A stretch of DNA of 59,477 nt, filler included. It is 7 parts of 7 records of this genome, joined end to end, with 100 filler letters (N's around TTAATTAATTAA, not from the genome) between each part and the next. Parts side by side here need not be neighbours in the genome. Positions count along the whole stretch, not along the records: positions 40,412 to 46,543 come from SRR31156797_25345; positions 46,644 to 53,861 come from SRR31156797_25350; 5 more parts are not named here. One strand, written 5' to 3'. The notes under the pieces were generated by a model. That model was not told where the DNA came from, did not search any database, and was given only the letters and a program-made list of their open reading frames with translations. Below, one piece after another: positions 40,312-50,400 of this stretch. The number at the start of each line of letters is the position of its first letter. Position 1 is the first letter of the stretch. The position numbers were made by a program, and so were the translations under genes.

Positions 40312-40411
40312 NNNNNNNNNNNNNNNNNNNNNNNNNNNNNNNNNNNNNNNNNNNNTTAATTAATTAANNNNNNNNNNNNNNNNNNNNNNNNNNNNNNNNN
40401 NNNNNNNNNNN

Positions 40412-41525
40412 CATTGGTCCCCAGATCAATGAGGAGGGTGAGGATTCTGCTTCGATGAATACCGGTGGCCAGGATACATGCAATGGTATCACTTCCCACA
40501 AATCCCGCCTTGAGCGGCGGGAGGTGGGCATAAGCCGAGGCGCCGACTCCAACCCCCAAATCCCTGGCTTTATAATCCTGAGCTTCTTGAAGGACAGGCG
40601 CATAAGGGGCCATGGAAAGATAATGGGGATCGAGGCCTACCAACAGGTGATGCATGGCCGTGTTCCCCACAATGACGGCCTCCACAATCCGATCCGGGTC
40701 AATTCGAGCCTCTGCGGCTGCCGAAGCAACCAATTCATTGAGGCACAAAACAATACGGGAGCGGAGTTTTTCAAGACCGTTCGGGTTTTCCACACAGAAG
40801 GATATGCGGGTAATGACATCATCCCCAAAGGGAACCTGGGGATTCATGGATGCTTTTACCGAGCGTTTTTCCCCGCTCACCAAATCCATGAGGAAACAAA
40901 CCACGGTGGTGGACCCCACATCAAAGGCCACGCCGAATAGCCCCTCCCCTCTTCCCTGGTAAAGATCAATGATCTCATCTTTGCCCCTTACGGTCACGGC
41001 AACCCCTTTTCGGTTTGAACGTAACGCCTGGGAGAGTTTTCTTAACACAAAAGGATCCATTGCGGGCCGCCGAATACCATGGGTTTTCACAAGGGCAAGC
41101 ATCAGTCTTTCCCGGTCGGCGATCACAGGGTCCAGTACGGGAGACGGGACTTCCACAAAAAGTTGCCTGATGTTGGGACGGATTCGGGGAGAAACGGTGT
41201 GTTTTGTATTACCTGTCAGGATAACAGGGTCGGTGATCCGGCTCTCTGCCGGAATCGATACCACGGCGTCGTGGCGCAGCCAGGTCTCACAGGCCAGACG
41301 GTACCCTTTTTCGACCTTTCCGCCTAAAACAGTGTTTTCACGGTCTGAAGGCGGGGGCAAAGGGCTATCGGTTTCCTGAATGGTAACCATGCACCTGCCG
41401 CATTTTTTCTTTCCGCCACAGGTGGATTGCAAGGGGATGCGGGCATCCTGCGCCAATTGCAGGATGGTTTTCGAACCGTCTGTTTGAACGGCCTTTTCAA
41501 AGGGTGAGAATATGATTTTGGGCAT
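40412..41525 (-). CDS. RACo/ASKHA reductive activator of corrinoid proteins (3' truncated)
   Basis: N-terminal 2Fe-2S CGGKKKCGRC...LAC, DVGSTT, NPQ..GDDVITRI, GNTAMHH, DLGTN. Confidence 0.9.
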
Positions 41526-44177
41526 TTATCCTATTCCCAACATATTCTTAATCTTCTTCACCCCGTCCGCAGCATCCCTGGCATGGGCGTCTCCACCGCA
41601 GGCTTCAACAAACTTCAGGGTCACGGCAGCCCCACCGCAAATCACCTTCACCCGGCCCGCAAGTTCGCTGTTTTTGATGGCATGTATTGTCTCCTCCACA
41701 TGGGGATCGCCCGTGGTCAACAGCGAAGAAAGCCCCACAATATGAGCATCGTTTTCCTTTGCGGCCTCCACAAATCTTTCAGCAAGCACGTTCTCCCCCA
41801 GGTCTATCACCCGGAATCCCGAGGTCTCCAACAGGAGTTTGGTGAGGTTTTTTCCGATATCATGAAGATCACCAAAGACCGTTCCCAGAACAACAGTGCC
41901 CAGCCCCTTGGTATCAACCTCTTTTGTAAGAAAAGGTTTGAGCAGGTCCACGCATGCCTGCATGGATTTGGCCGCCATCATCATTTCGGGAACAAAAATT
42001 TTCTTTTTCTCAAATTTCTCCCCCACGATGTTCAGCCCCGGAATCAGGTAGCGGTTGACAATGTCTTGGGGATCGGTGCCTTGGTGGAGGGCGTTTTGGG
42101 TATATTCAACCGCTAATTTCCGCTTTCCCGAAATCACCGCCTCTTTGATACGTTCCAGATTCCCATCATCCTGAATCTTTTCTTTCACGGCGGTTTCAAT
42201 CGCTTGACTCTTCCCCAATTTTTTTGTGGAAGTGGAGAGGTAATTCATGCAAAATTCATCTTTTCCGAGAAGAAGATCCGCCAGCAGTGTGGCCCGCCGC
42301 ATTTCCCAAATGGTGGGATCGGCAATGGGGCAAGTTAAGCCGTTTAAGACCGCCATGCTTAGGAAAATCGCGTTGATGGATGAACGTTCGGGAAGGCCGA
42401 ATGAGATATTGCTAAGCCCCAAGGTCTGATTGACCCCCAGCTCATCCCGTATGAGCTGAAGCGCCCGAAGGGTTTCAAAACCTGCCTGGTCATCGGCGCT
42501 GATGGCCATGGCCAGGGGATCAATGATCACATCCTCCCGTGGAATGCCTTCCTGTTGGGCACGATCCAGAATCAAACCGGCAATTTCAAGGCGCTTTTCC
42601 GCTTCCTTGGGGATTCCGTTATCGTCCATGGTGAGCCCGATGACGGCCGCATTGTGCGCTTTCACAAGTGGAAGGATCCGGTCCAGCTTGTGCTTCTCGC
42701 CATTGACCGAATTGACCAGTGCTTTCCCTTTATATACACTGAGACCGGCCTCCAATGCCTTGGGCAGGGCCGAGTCGATACAAAGGGGTACGTCCGTAAT
42801 TTCCTGTATGGCCATAATGGCTTCTCTTAACATTTTGGTTTCGTCCATGCCCGAAACCCCCACGTTGACATCTAGGATATGAGCGCCCTCCTCCACCTGA
42901 CGGATGGCTTCAGACCGGACAAGATCCAGATTTCCCGCCTCCAGTGATGCCGCCAGTTTTTTACGGCCCGTGGGGTTGATGCGCTCGCCGATGATCACCA
43001 GGGGGCGTGAAGGTCCGATGGTGACCGTTTTGGTACCGCTCGACACACTGCTTTCAACAGCTGTGGCGATTTTTCCCAAACCTTGGAAGAATGACCGGGG
43101 TGAAGCGGTGGCAGCATGCCGGTTGATTTTGCCGTATTCCGCAGCCGTCGTAAGCGCCGTCCTGACATTTTCATCGGGCGTACCATAGGTCAACCCCACC
43201 GTATCGATGGAAAAATTCTCAAGGGGGGCGCCATTGTCGATTAACCGCCTCACCTCCGCCGCCACTTCTTCCGGGTGGCCGTTTTTCATCAACACGGGGC
43301 TGATGCGGGCATTGACCGCCACATGAGGACCACATACATCCCGGGTCCTTTTCACATCCGAACCGAAGCCGATCTCGACAAACTCCAGATGGCGCACCTT
43401 TGCGTATCCCTCCAGGACCTCATCAACGGATCCGCAATGGTGAATCCCCACCGGATGACAGGCATCCGCCACCCGGTTGTCGTATTCCAGGATGTGAGAC
43501 TCATAGGTCTCCAAAGAAATCTGTTCGGCCGTGCAGTTGGGGAACACATAAAGCTTGGGGTCACACATGGGCGTCACATCTACGGCACCGGTGCCGGTGG
43601 TCTCATGGTTGAATTTGAAAAGCTGAATAATGGAATCCGTGCAAACCTGCATCAAATGACGGCATAATGTCGGATTCTCATAAAAGTCAAAATAGAGCTG
43701 ATCGCCCCTGATCTTAAGGGCCAGATTCTGAACACCCGTGGTATTGATATCTCCCACCACCTTGCCGTATTTTCCCTTCAAATATTCAATCTGCCGGATC
43801 ATCTCCGTCATGGGATGGGAATTGAAGATATCGGGCACTTCCAGTTTCATGATTTCATCTTCGGATAGATTCAGGGGCATGGCCCATGGAAGGGCATCGT
43901 CTTTATAAATGATCTCGCAACCGAAGATGGAAGGGAGCATCACCATCCCGAAGGTGATCAGGGGTTTGGGTTCCGGGTGCGGATTGCCGAGCCCCACATC
44001 CCCGAATCGCTCATGGAGGCATTTTTCGATGGTCATCCTCGTTTCGACCCTGGCTTCCGGATCAAAGTAGTATTTCTTTCCAAAAGATATGCCGTAGTGT
44101 TTGTTAAACCAGTCCGGATAGAAACCGACGCCCAGAGGGATGTGGTCTTTTTCTCTCATAATATCTTTCTCCTTCAT
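41526..44177 (-). CDS. Corrinoid methyltransferase fusion: UroD/MtaA-like + pterin-binding + B12 cap + B12-binding
   Basis: GIHHCG, TPDENV; IIGERINPTG, LDVNVG, GLSNISFGLP; FVPEMM; GDLHDIGKN, GLSSL, GGA. Confidence 0.88.
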   Translation of the reverse strand: MKEKDIMREKDHIPLGVGFYPDWFNKHYGISFGKKYYFDPEARVETRMTIEKCLHERFGDVGLGNPHPEPKPLITFGMVMLPSIFGCEIIYKDDALPWAMPLNLSEDEIMKLEVPDIFNSHPMTEMIRQIEYLKGKYGKVVGDINTTGVQNLALKIRGDQLYFDFYENPTLCRHLMQVCTDSIIQLFKFNHETTGTGAVDVTPMCDPKLYVFPNCTAEQISLETYESHILEYDNRVADACHPVGIHHCGSVDEVLEGYAKVRHLEFVEIGFGSDVKRTRDVCGPHVAVNARISPVLMKNGHPEEVAAEVRRLIDNGAPLENFSIDTVGLTYGTPDENVRTALTTAAEYGKINRHAATASPRSFFQGLGKIATAVESSVSSGTKTVTIGPSRPLVIIGERINPTGRKKLAASLEAGNLDLVRSEAIRQVEEGAHILDVNVGVSGMDETKMLREAIMAIQEITDVPLCIDSALPKALEAGLSVYKGKALVNSVNGEKHKLDRILPLVKAHNAAVIGLTMDDNGIPKEAEKRLEIAGLILDRAQQEGIPREDVIIDPLAMAISADDQAGFETLRALQLIRDELGVNQTLGLSNISFGLPERSSINAIFLSMAVLNGLTCPIADPTIWEMRRATLLADLLLGKDEFCMNYLSTSTKKLGKSQAIETAVKEKIQDDGNLERIKEAVISGKRKLAVEYTQNALHQGTDPQDIVNRYLIPGLNIVGEKFEKKKIFVPEMMMAAKSMQACVDLLKPFLTKEVDTKGLGTVVLGTVFGDLHDIGKNLTKLLLETSGFRVIDLGENVLAERFVEAAKENDAHIVGLSSLLTTGDPHVEETIHAIKNSELAGRVKVICGGAAVTLKFVEACGGDAHARDAADGVKKIKNMLGIG

Positions 44178-44539
44178 ATTTTTAAATGGAGGTCATTTAC
44201 ATAACGGAGATGCGAATGGGATCGAACACACGATGTCTAATGGCCGGATGACATGATACCGTGAATTTTTATTAACGCGCGCATTCATTGCTGTCAATAG
44301 AAATATAAAAAGCGGAGTGGAACAACATCCATGGATTCAAGATTTAGGGACTTCCAAAATAAAGATATGGACAAATTCCTTCCGCAATATTCCCATGGAA
44401 AATCGCATCAAAACTCTCGACATTGGGAACCGTATGGATTAGGCTGTTTCGGATTTTCAGAAAAGGACCTGGGATATTTAAAGTATCGGGACCTTCGATC
44501 CCTAATTGTATTGAGGGGAATTAAGGAGCAAAAAGAATA

Positions 44540-45667
44540 ATGGTTGAAAAGACGGAAAACCAGGGTCAGGCCTGGATAAAAAACCAAGTCATGGAACAGG
44601 GACTATGCACCGGTTGCACAGCCTGCGTGGGCTTGTGTCCCTATCAAAAATTCTACCGTGACCAAACCGCCATCATACATGGGTGCGATCGCACCTGGGG
44701 ACGTTGCTCGGCTTACTGCCCCCGCGGACAGGTGGATTTGACCGGTCTGCGCAAGGCCATGTTTGACCCGGCTGATCTCACCTCCGAACTGGGCGCCGTC
44801 AAAGGCTTCTACATGACCCGTGCAAAAGATCTTCAGGTGCGGAACCGGGCGCAACACGGGGGGTCGGTGAGTACGCTGGTGGCTCTCGCCCTGGAGCAAG
44901 GATTAATCGACACCTCGGTACTGGCCGGACGAGAGAAAAAACATCGCTCCGAAAGTATCGCCGTCTCCGACCCCGCCCAGGTCTGGTTGTTTGCGGGGAG
45001 TAAGTTTTCGGTTTCGCCGACTGTGGCAAAATTCAATGAAATAAGCCAGGGCGACCCCTCCAGAATCGGCGTGGTGGCCACGCCCTGTCAGGCACTGGCT
45101 CTGGCTCGAATGCGGGTATACCCGCAACCCGGAGACGAACCGCGGGTCAAGAAACTGGGCCTGGTGATAGGGCTCTTCTGTGGATGGGCCCTCTCCTCCA
45201 AAGAACTGGACCGGCTCATAAGGGAAAAAGCCGGCTCCGCCAAGATCACAGGCATGGACATACCGCCCAGCAAACACCGGATCATGGAGATCCGCACCGA
45301 AAAGGGAACCATTGAGATACCCATGGAGGAAGTACAAACCTGCGTACGCGAAAGCTGCCGGTACTGTTATGACCTCACCTGCGAATTCGCCGACCTGTCG
45401 GTGGGTTCTGCCCGCAGCCCTGAAGGCTGGGAGGTTGACCGGGGTTGGAATCAGGTTCTGGTCCGGACCGACAAGGGGCAGGAATTATTGGATTTGGCCC
45501 GCGCCCGGGGCGTATTGGAATTCAAAGAGGTCCCGTCGGACAACCTGGACAAACTCAAGGCCGCATCCCTGGGCAAAAAAAATACCTGTATGGCCCAGCT
45601 GGAGGAGGTCTCAGGGAGCAAAGATGATTTGATCTACACCGGAAGGGAGGCGGTTTTATGTCAATAG
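44540..45667 (+). CDS. FrhB/FdhB-family protein with ferredoxin domain
   Basis: CTGCTACVGLCP, QHGG, ATPCQ, GLFC, CRYCYD, ADLSVG. Confidence 0.88.
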   Translation: MVEKTENQGQAWIKNQVMEQGLCTGCTACVGLCPYQKFYRDQTAIIHGCDRTWGRCSAYCPRGQVDLTGLRKAMFDPADLTSELGAVKGFYMTRAKDLQVRNRAQHGGSVSTLVALALEQGLIDTSVLAGREKKHRSESIAVSDPAQVWLFAGSKFSVSPTVAKFNEISQGDPSRIGVVATPCQALALARMRVYPQPGDEPRVKKLGLVIGLFCGWALSSKELDRLIREKAGSAKITGMDIPPSKHRIMEIRTEKGTIEIPMEEVQTCVRESCRYCYDLTCEFADLSVGSARSPEGWEVDRGWNQVLVRTDKGQELLDLARARGVLEFKEVPSDNLDKLKAASLGKKNTCMAQLEEVSGSKDDLIYTGREAVLCQ

Positions 45668-46543
45668 TCAGTAGTGGGGCCAAAGGAGAAACAGCACTGC
45701 TCATGGGCAATGACGCCATCGCCCGCGGGGCCCTGGAAGCAGGGGTCAGGGTGGTGGCCGGATATCCGGGAACCCCCTCCTCCGAGATCATACAAACCCT
45801 GGCCGGAGTGGCGTCGGATCATGGGCTCTACGTGGAGTGGTCCGCAAACGAAAAGGTGGGGCTGGAAGTGGCGGCAGCAGGCTCCTTTGCCCAGCTCAGA
45901 TCCATGGCGGTGATGAAACAGGTTGGGGTGAATGTGGCCTCGGACTTCCTGCTACACCTGGCCGAGTGCGGCACCCGTGGGGGTATGGTTCTGGTCACCT
46001 GCGAGGACCCGGGGGGACTCTCCAGCACCAATGAGGGGGACTCCCGCCATTATGCCAAAATGATGGAGTTTCCCCTGGTGGAGCCGGCCAATTTTCAGGA
46101 GGCTAAGGACATGACCGCCTGGAGCTTTGAGCTCTCCGAGAAAGTGCGGAATGTGGTCATGTTCCGCTCGGTGACCCGCATGTCCCACGCCAGCGGTAAT
46201 GTGGTACTGGGCGAGCTCAGTTCCAATTTGATGGCCCCGGGCACTTCAGAAGCCCGGTTCCGGTTTGATGGTGACATGATGGATCAGATGGGAGGACCGG
46301 TGGTCACCTTCCCCGGCATGGTGGATGCCATGCACCGCCGCCAGTTGGAAAAACTGGAGATGGCCCGGGAGATATTTGAGACGTCACCGTTTAATACCTA
46401 TACCGGCCCCCACCGGCCGGAACTTCTGATCATCACCAGTTCTGCAGCCGATCTATACACACGGGAAGCACTGGACCTGCTGGGCCTGGAGGAGCAGGTG
46501 GGACTTTTGAAACTGGGCACCACCTGGCCGCTTCCGCCCCGGT
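45658..46543 (+). CDS. iorA: Indolepyruvate:ferredoxin oxidoreductase alpha subunit (3' truncated)
   Basis: MGNDAIARG, YPGTPSSEI, NEKVGLEVA, MKQVGVNVA. Confidence 0.88.
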
Positions 46544-46990
46544 NNNNNNNNNNNNNNNNNNNNNNNNNNNNNNNNNNNNNNNNNNNNTTAATTAATTAAN
46601 NNNNNNNNNNNNNNNNNNNNNNNNNNNNNNNNNNNNNNNNNNNTGAGTGCAACGCAGATATCGGGCAAATTGGGTCGAGATCAAGGCGCACACTGGATTC
46701 TTGTTGGTCAGATTCGTAATGATCAGGAACAAAACATATGAAAAAATACTCCCCCTACAACAAATCAGAAAAAGGAGCAGGTTCACTCCACCCCTGCTTT
46801 TTCGTTGCCCGACCTCCAATTCTGCTTTACCGGTTATGCCTCCCTCTCACTTTCTGGAGCTGTCAGGGTCGACGACGATCTGAGCTCAACCCACAACGCT
46901 TTTAGGTTCTCTATTTTTTCTCAAGTCCACGGGCCATGTCTCGATGAATCCATATGAGAAATCACAACAAACCCGCGTAGGAAGAGAAGA

Positions 46991-47200
46991 ATGCTACAAG
47001 CGAAAATTGTTTCAACGGAAATCTACGCACCACCCAAAAAGCAATCTGCAAAAGAACTGGCGGATCTGATCGGAAAAACCGAACAATGGATGTTGTCGCG
47101 AACCGGTGTGGCGGAGCCAAGGATCGCCGAAGAGCCCATGGACGTAATGGCGGGTCACACACAAATGAAAGCCGGGGTGATGAAACCCGGCATTCTATGA
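46991..47200 (+). pseudogene. N-terminal remnant of a FabH-like 3-oxoacyl-ACP synthase III
   Basis: AKIVSTEIYAP...ELADLIGKTEQWMLSRTGVAEPRIA; similarity ends near aa 55. Confidence 0.7.
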
Positions 47201-47242
47201 GGAGAAGGATGAAAAGAAGTCTGATTTCCTCTTTTCATCAGT
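47163..47242 (-). ncRNA. Candidate sRNA B
   Basis: 12-bp 5' hairpin, UCCUUCUCCUC tract, GCCGGG/CCCGGC terminator; TTGACA upstream. Confidence 0.5.
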
Positions 47243-47299
47243 ACCCCTTTTTGTATTTCTTGCCGGATTGTCAAATTCAAAGATTCCTGAAGGAACAGA

Positions 47300-47378
47300 T
47301 TAAAAACGCCGGGGCTTGGCAGAACCCCGGCGTTATGGTTGGAGGTAAAGAGGCATTACCGTTTTGCACTCTTTATGC
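47300..47378 (-). ncRNA. Candidate sRNA A
   Basis: UAAAGAG/CUCUUUA 5' hairpin, ACCUCC tract, AACGCCGGGG/CCCCGGCGUU terminator plus U-run; TTGACA upstream. Confidence 0.55.
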
Positions 47379-47807
47379 TGATATAATCGGCACGATTAGA
47401 GTATTGTCAAACAAAAGACAGTTATTCTACCATACGAACCCAGCAGGAATCATCCCTCTGAAAACATTTCACTGACACACCAGGATTTTACTATGAAAAA
47501 TTGGAAACGGCTACCTGTTCTTTATTTCTCTTTTCGGGGCTCGCCTCTCCATCGCATGCCCTACTGGACGAGGGGAAAGGCGCGGTGCCTCCAGATATGA
47601 TGACCGTGGCGTCTCATTTCGGCTATTATTTTTCAGGCTTGTTGGCTGTTGCGCTTGCATTTCCCTTGGCCAAAAACTGGCTACGCAATTTCTGCAAAAC
47701 AAGATCCGTTGATTTTTGGTCCATTGTTCAGCCTCTTGTGTCAAAAAGTTAATTCAATCATAACGCTCCGACTCGTCCAATCATCGGAGACCGTTATCAT
47801 AGGCGGA

Positions 47808-48047
47808 TCATCCCCCAGCGATGGGTTGATACATGCAGACGTAGTTATCTGGCAGCAGTTTCCTGGAATCGCTGACCACGATCCTGTCTACCGAGATGAT
47901 TCCGATTTTTTTTCTGGGGATGGATAGCTGGGCTATCAGATCGCCGACAACTGTTCCCTCAGGGATCTCAATAGCCATTCCTGTGAGCCGATCATGATCA
48001 GGAAAACCGTTCCCCAGGGTACCATACAATCTGACGTGTATTTTCAT
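47808..48047 (-). CDS. MoaD/ThiS-family protein
   Basis: 79 aa ending PIAGG; follows AOR. Confidence 0.88.
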   Translation of the reverse strand: MKIHVRLYGTLGNGFPDHDRLTGMAIEIPEGTVVGDLIAQLSIPRKKIGIISVDRIVVSDSRKLLPDNYVCMYQPIAGG

Positions 48048-48049
48048 TA

Positions 48050-49771
48050 TTAAAACGCAAAAGTTTTATCCATATCTTCATCGCTGATCACGACAACCGT
48101 GTTATGCGGCGGAAGCGGTTCTTCATAGAACATCTTGGGAAGCCTGTCATCCTTGTTGGTAAAACCTGCGCCGCGATTGAAATCTCTCTCGGCTTTCAAA
48201 ATACTAGTGCCCAAAGAAGTCCAGTCTTCCTCGCTAAATGGCCTTCCAAGCTTTATGGACACCATTTTGCAAGCGTTGTCCATCCCTGCGCCGAAACCGC
48301 TCTGTGCAAAATCACAAATACCGACGGTATCAACGACTGCCATATGGATCTGGGCGTCTCTGGATGCCTTGACCTGCCCTTTGGCAGAGAATCGATCCAG
48401 TGTTCCGCCAAAATCTTCGAGGTTCTGGTCAACGATCCACCCGGCGGTATGGTCTCCACCCATCGGTGTCGTGGCATAAGTTACCGCCATACCCTGAATA
48501 GCTCTCGGGTCATAGGCGGCTATGCTCTGGTTTTTTACTACCGGCACACGATCATGATGGAAGTGTTGACCTACTGCGGCTGGTCCATTGCCGAGAATCA
48601 GGCCCATTTCGGTTCCTTCCGAAACGGCTTCCACCATCTCGATGGCCGCCTGGGCATTTCCAAAAGGTTTGTATCCGGCATCCATTGCAACGGCAACGGC
48701 GACACCCGTGCTGATCGTGTCCAAACCAATATCATCACAAAGAAAATCTAGCTTAGCGATGGCATCAAGATTGCTGTTGCAAAGCATTCCACCCATAGAC
48801 CAGATGGTTTCGTACTCCAATGAAGAAGTCACATAATCGCCCTTCTCATCGACGTACTCATTTGAGCAGCGGATGATGCACTGGGCACACCCCATGTGGG
48901 TGTTCTTGCCGCCGCGCTTTTTGATGGTTTCGGCCATGGTTTCACCGGTGATTTTCTCGATTTCATCGAACTGCCCTTCGCGTGCATTGCAGGTGGGGAA
49001 AGCGCCAACGGCGTTAATTGGCGCGACCAGTACAGCGGATCCGAGTTCAGCCAAAGCCTGTGTAAAGTCATCGTCGCTGACAGCTTTAGCAAATTTCTTG
49101 GCAGGTTCTTTGAAAGCTTTGGCATCAATCCGCGGGAATTTGGCTTTCCCGCTTCGATCAACAAGAATCGCCTTTAACCCCTTGGATCCCATAACAGCGC
49201 CCAGGCCGCCACGCCCGGCGGCTCTGCAGGGTCTGCCGTCGACATCTGTTGTTTGTATCGATGCGGCTGTCAGCAAATACTCGCCGGCAGGTCCGATGCA
49301 GGTGATACTATGCTTGGGTCCATAGCCTTTTTTAAGCTGCCGCACCAATTCGTATGTTCTTAACCCCTTATACTTTTGGCCGTCGATGAGTTCTGCGCTG
49401 CCATCGAAATGGATGGCGAGCAGGTAACAGGTATTCTTCGCAGGTTTACCTGTAATTACAACCGCCGTTATGCCTAAGTGCGCAAGATCAGCGGCAACGG
49501 TTCCTCCGACATTGCTTTCTTTAATGCCGCCGGTCAAAGGGCTTTTCGATCCGATTGAGAGACGACTCGAATTGACCAAAACGGTCCCGCTAAGATAACC
49601 AGGCGCAATAATAAGCTTATTTTCTTCGCCCAAAGGGTCACATGTCGGCGGAACAGTTTCGTTGAGCATCATTGATGTCAGCCCTCTACCACCCATACCT
49701 GGCAAAGTATCGGAGACATCTTTACTTTCAATTGTTGCGGTGGTCATGTTTATTTCAATGATTTTCATCAC
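48050..49771 (-). CDS. aor: Aldehyde:ferredoxin oxidoreductase
   Basis: KSPLTGGIKESNVGG, GRGGLGAVMGSK, CAQCIIRC, EYET, DDIGLD. Confidence 0.93.
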   Translation of the reverse strand: MMKIIEINMTTATIESKDVSDTLPGMGGRGLTSMMLNETVPPTCDPLGEENKLIIAPGYLSGTVLVNSSRLSIGSKSPLTGGIKESNVGGTVAADLAHLGITAVVITGKPAKNTCYLLAIHFDGSAELIDGQKYKGLRTYELVRQLKKGYGPKHSITCIGPAGEYLLTAASIQTTDVDGRPCRAAGRGGLGAVMGSKGLKAILVDRSGKAKFPRIDAKAFKEPAKKFAKAVSDDDFTQALAELGSAVLVAPINAVGAFPTCNAREGQFDEIEKITGETMAETIKKRGGKNTHMGCAQCIIRCSNEYVDEKGDYVTSSLEYETIWSMGGMLCNSNLDAIAKLDFLCDDIGLDTISTGVAVAVAMDAGYKPFGNAQAAIEMVEAVSEGTEMGLILGNGPAAVGQHFHHDRVPVVKNQSIAAYDPRAIQGMAVTYATTPMGGDHTAGWIVDQNLEDFGGTLDRFSAKGQVKASRDAQIHMAVVDTVGICDFAQSGFGAGMDNACKMVSIKLGRPFSEEDWTSLGTSILKAERDFNRGAGFTNKDDRLPKMFYEEPLPPHNTVVVISDEDMDKTFAF

Positions 49772-49786
49772 GCTCTCCTCTGATTC

Positions 49787-50239
49787 CTATTTTACCCTCA
49801 TGGGGTTTATTACAACTACTGGAACGGGGGATCGGCTGATAACCTCTCCAGCAACGCTTCCTAAGAAGGTTTTCTTGACCCCCCTTCTCCCGTGGGTTCC
49901 CATAATAGCAAGATCAATACTTTCATTGTTTATATAATTGAGAATTTCTTCTGCTGGATCACCCACCGCTATGATTTTCTTTTGGACATTAACGCCTTCA
50001 AAATTTTTCGATGCGCACTCGTCGAGTTTGTCTTTAGCCTTTTCAACCAAAACGTCTTTTATTGTTGATACTTCACCAGGTGTATTAAATAGGTCGTCTC
50101 TTGAGAGCCGAACTACGAAAATCAGGTGGGCAACCGCATCAAATTTGCCAGCGATGTAATTGGCAGTTGGAATAACCTTTTCAGTAAGTTCAGTTAAACT
50201 AATGGCATATAATATATTTTTAAATTCTTTTGTCTTCAT
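49787..50239 (-). CDS. Universal stress protein
   Basis: GDPAEEIL, MGTHGR, LGSVA. Confidence 0.9.
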   Translation of the reverse strand: MKTKEFKNILYAISLTELTEKVIPTANYIAGKFDAVAHLIFVVRLSRDDLFNTPGEVSTIKDVLVEKAKDKLDECASKNFEGVNVQKKIIAVGDPAEEILNYINNESIDLAIMGTHGRRGVKKTFLGSVAGEVISRSPVPVVVINPMRVK

Positions 50240-50400
50240 ATCAACTCTCTCAATTTAAAGAATTCTGTTTAAGCGTTATCTATCACCTAAATTGGGCGAT
50301 TCAAATTTTGGTCTGCAGAAAAATTTGGGTACGGTTAAAGAAAGAGACGCCATCGTTTCCTTGCTTATTCTTACGTATTGATGTTTTAAATATTCTTGAT

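Noticed and set aside
44178-44540. Cobalamin riboswitch or 69-aa ORF in the divergent intergenic region
   Set aside because: I could not find a B12-box consensus; the ORF has no recognisable features
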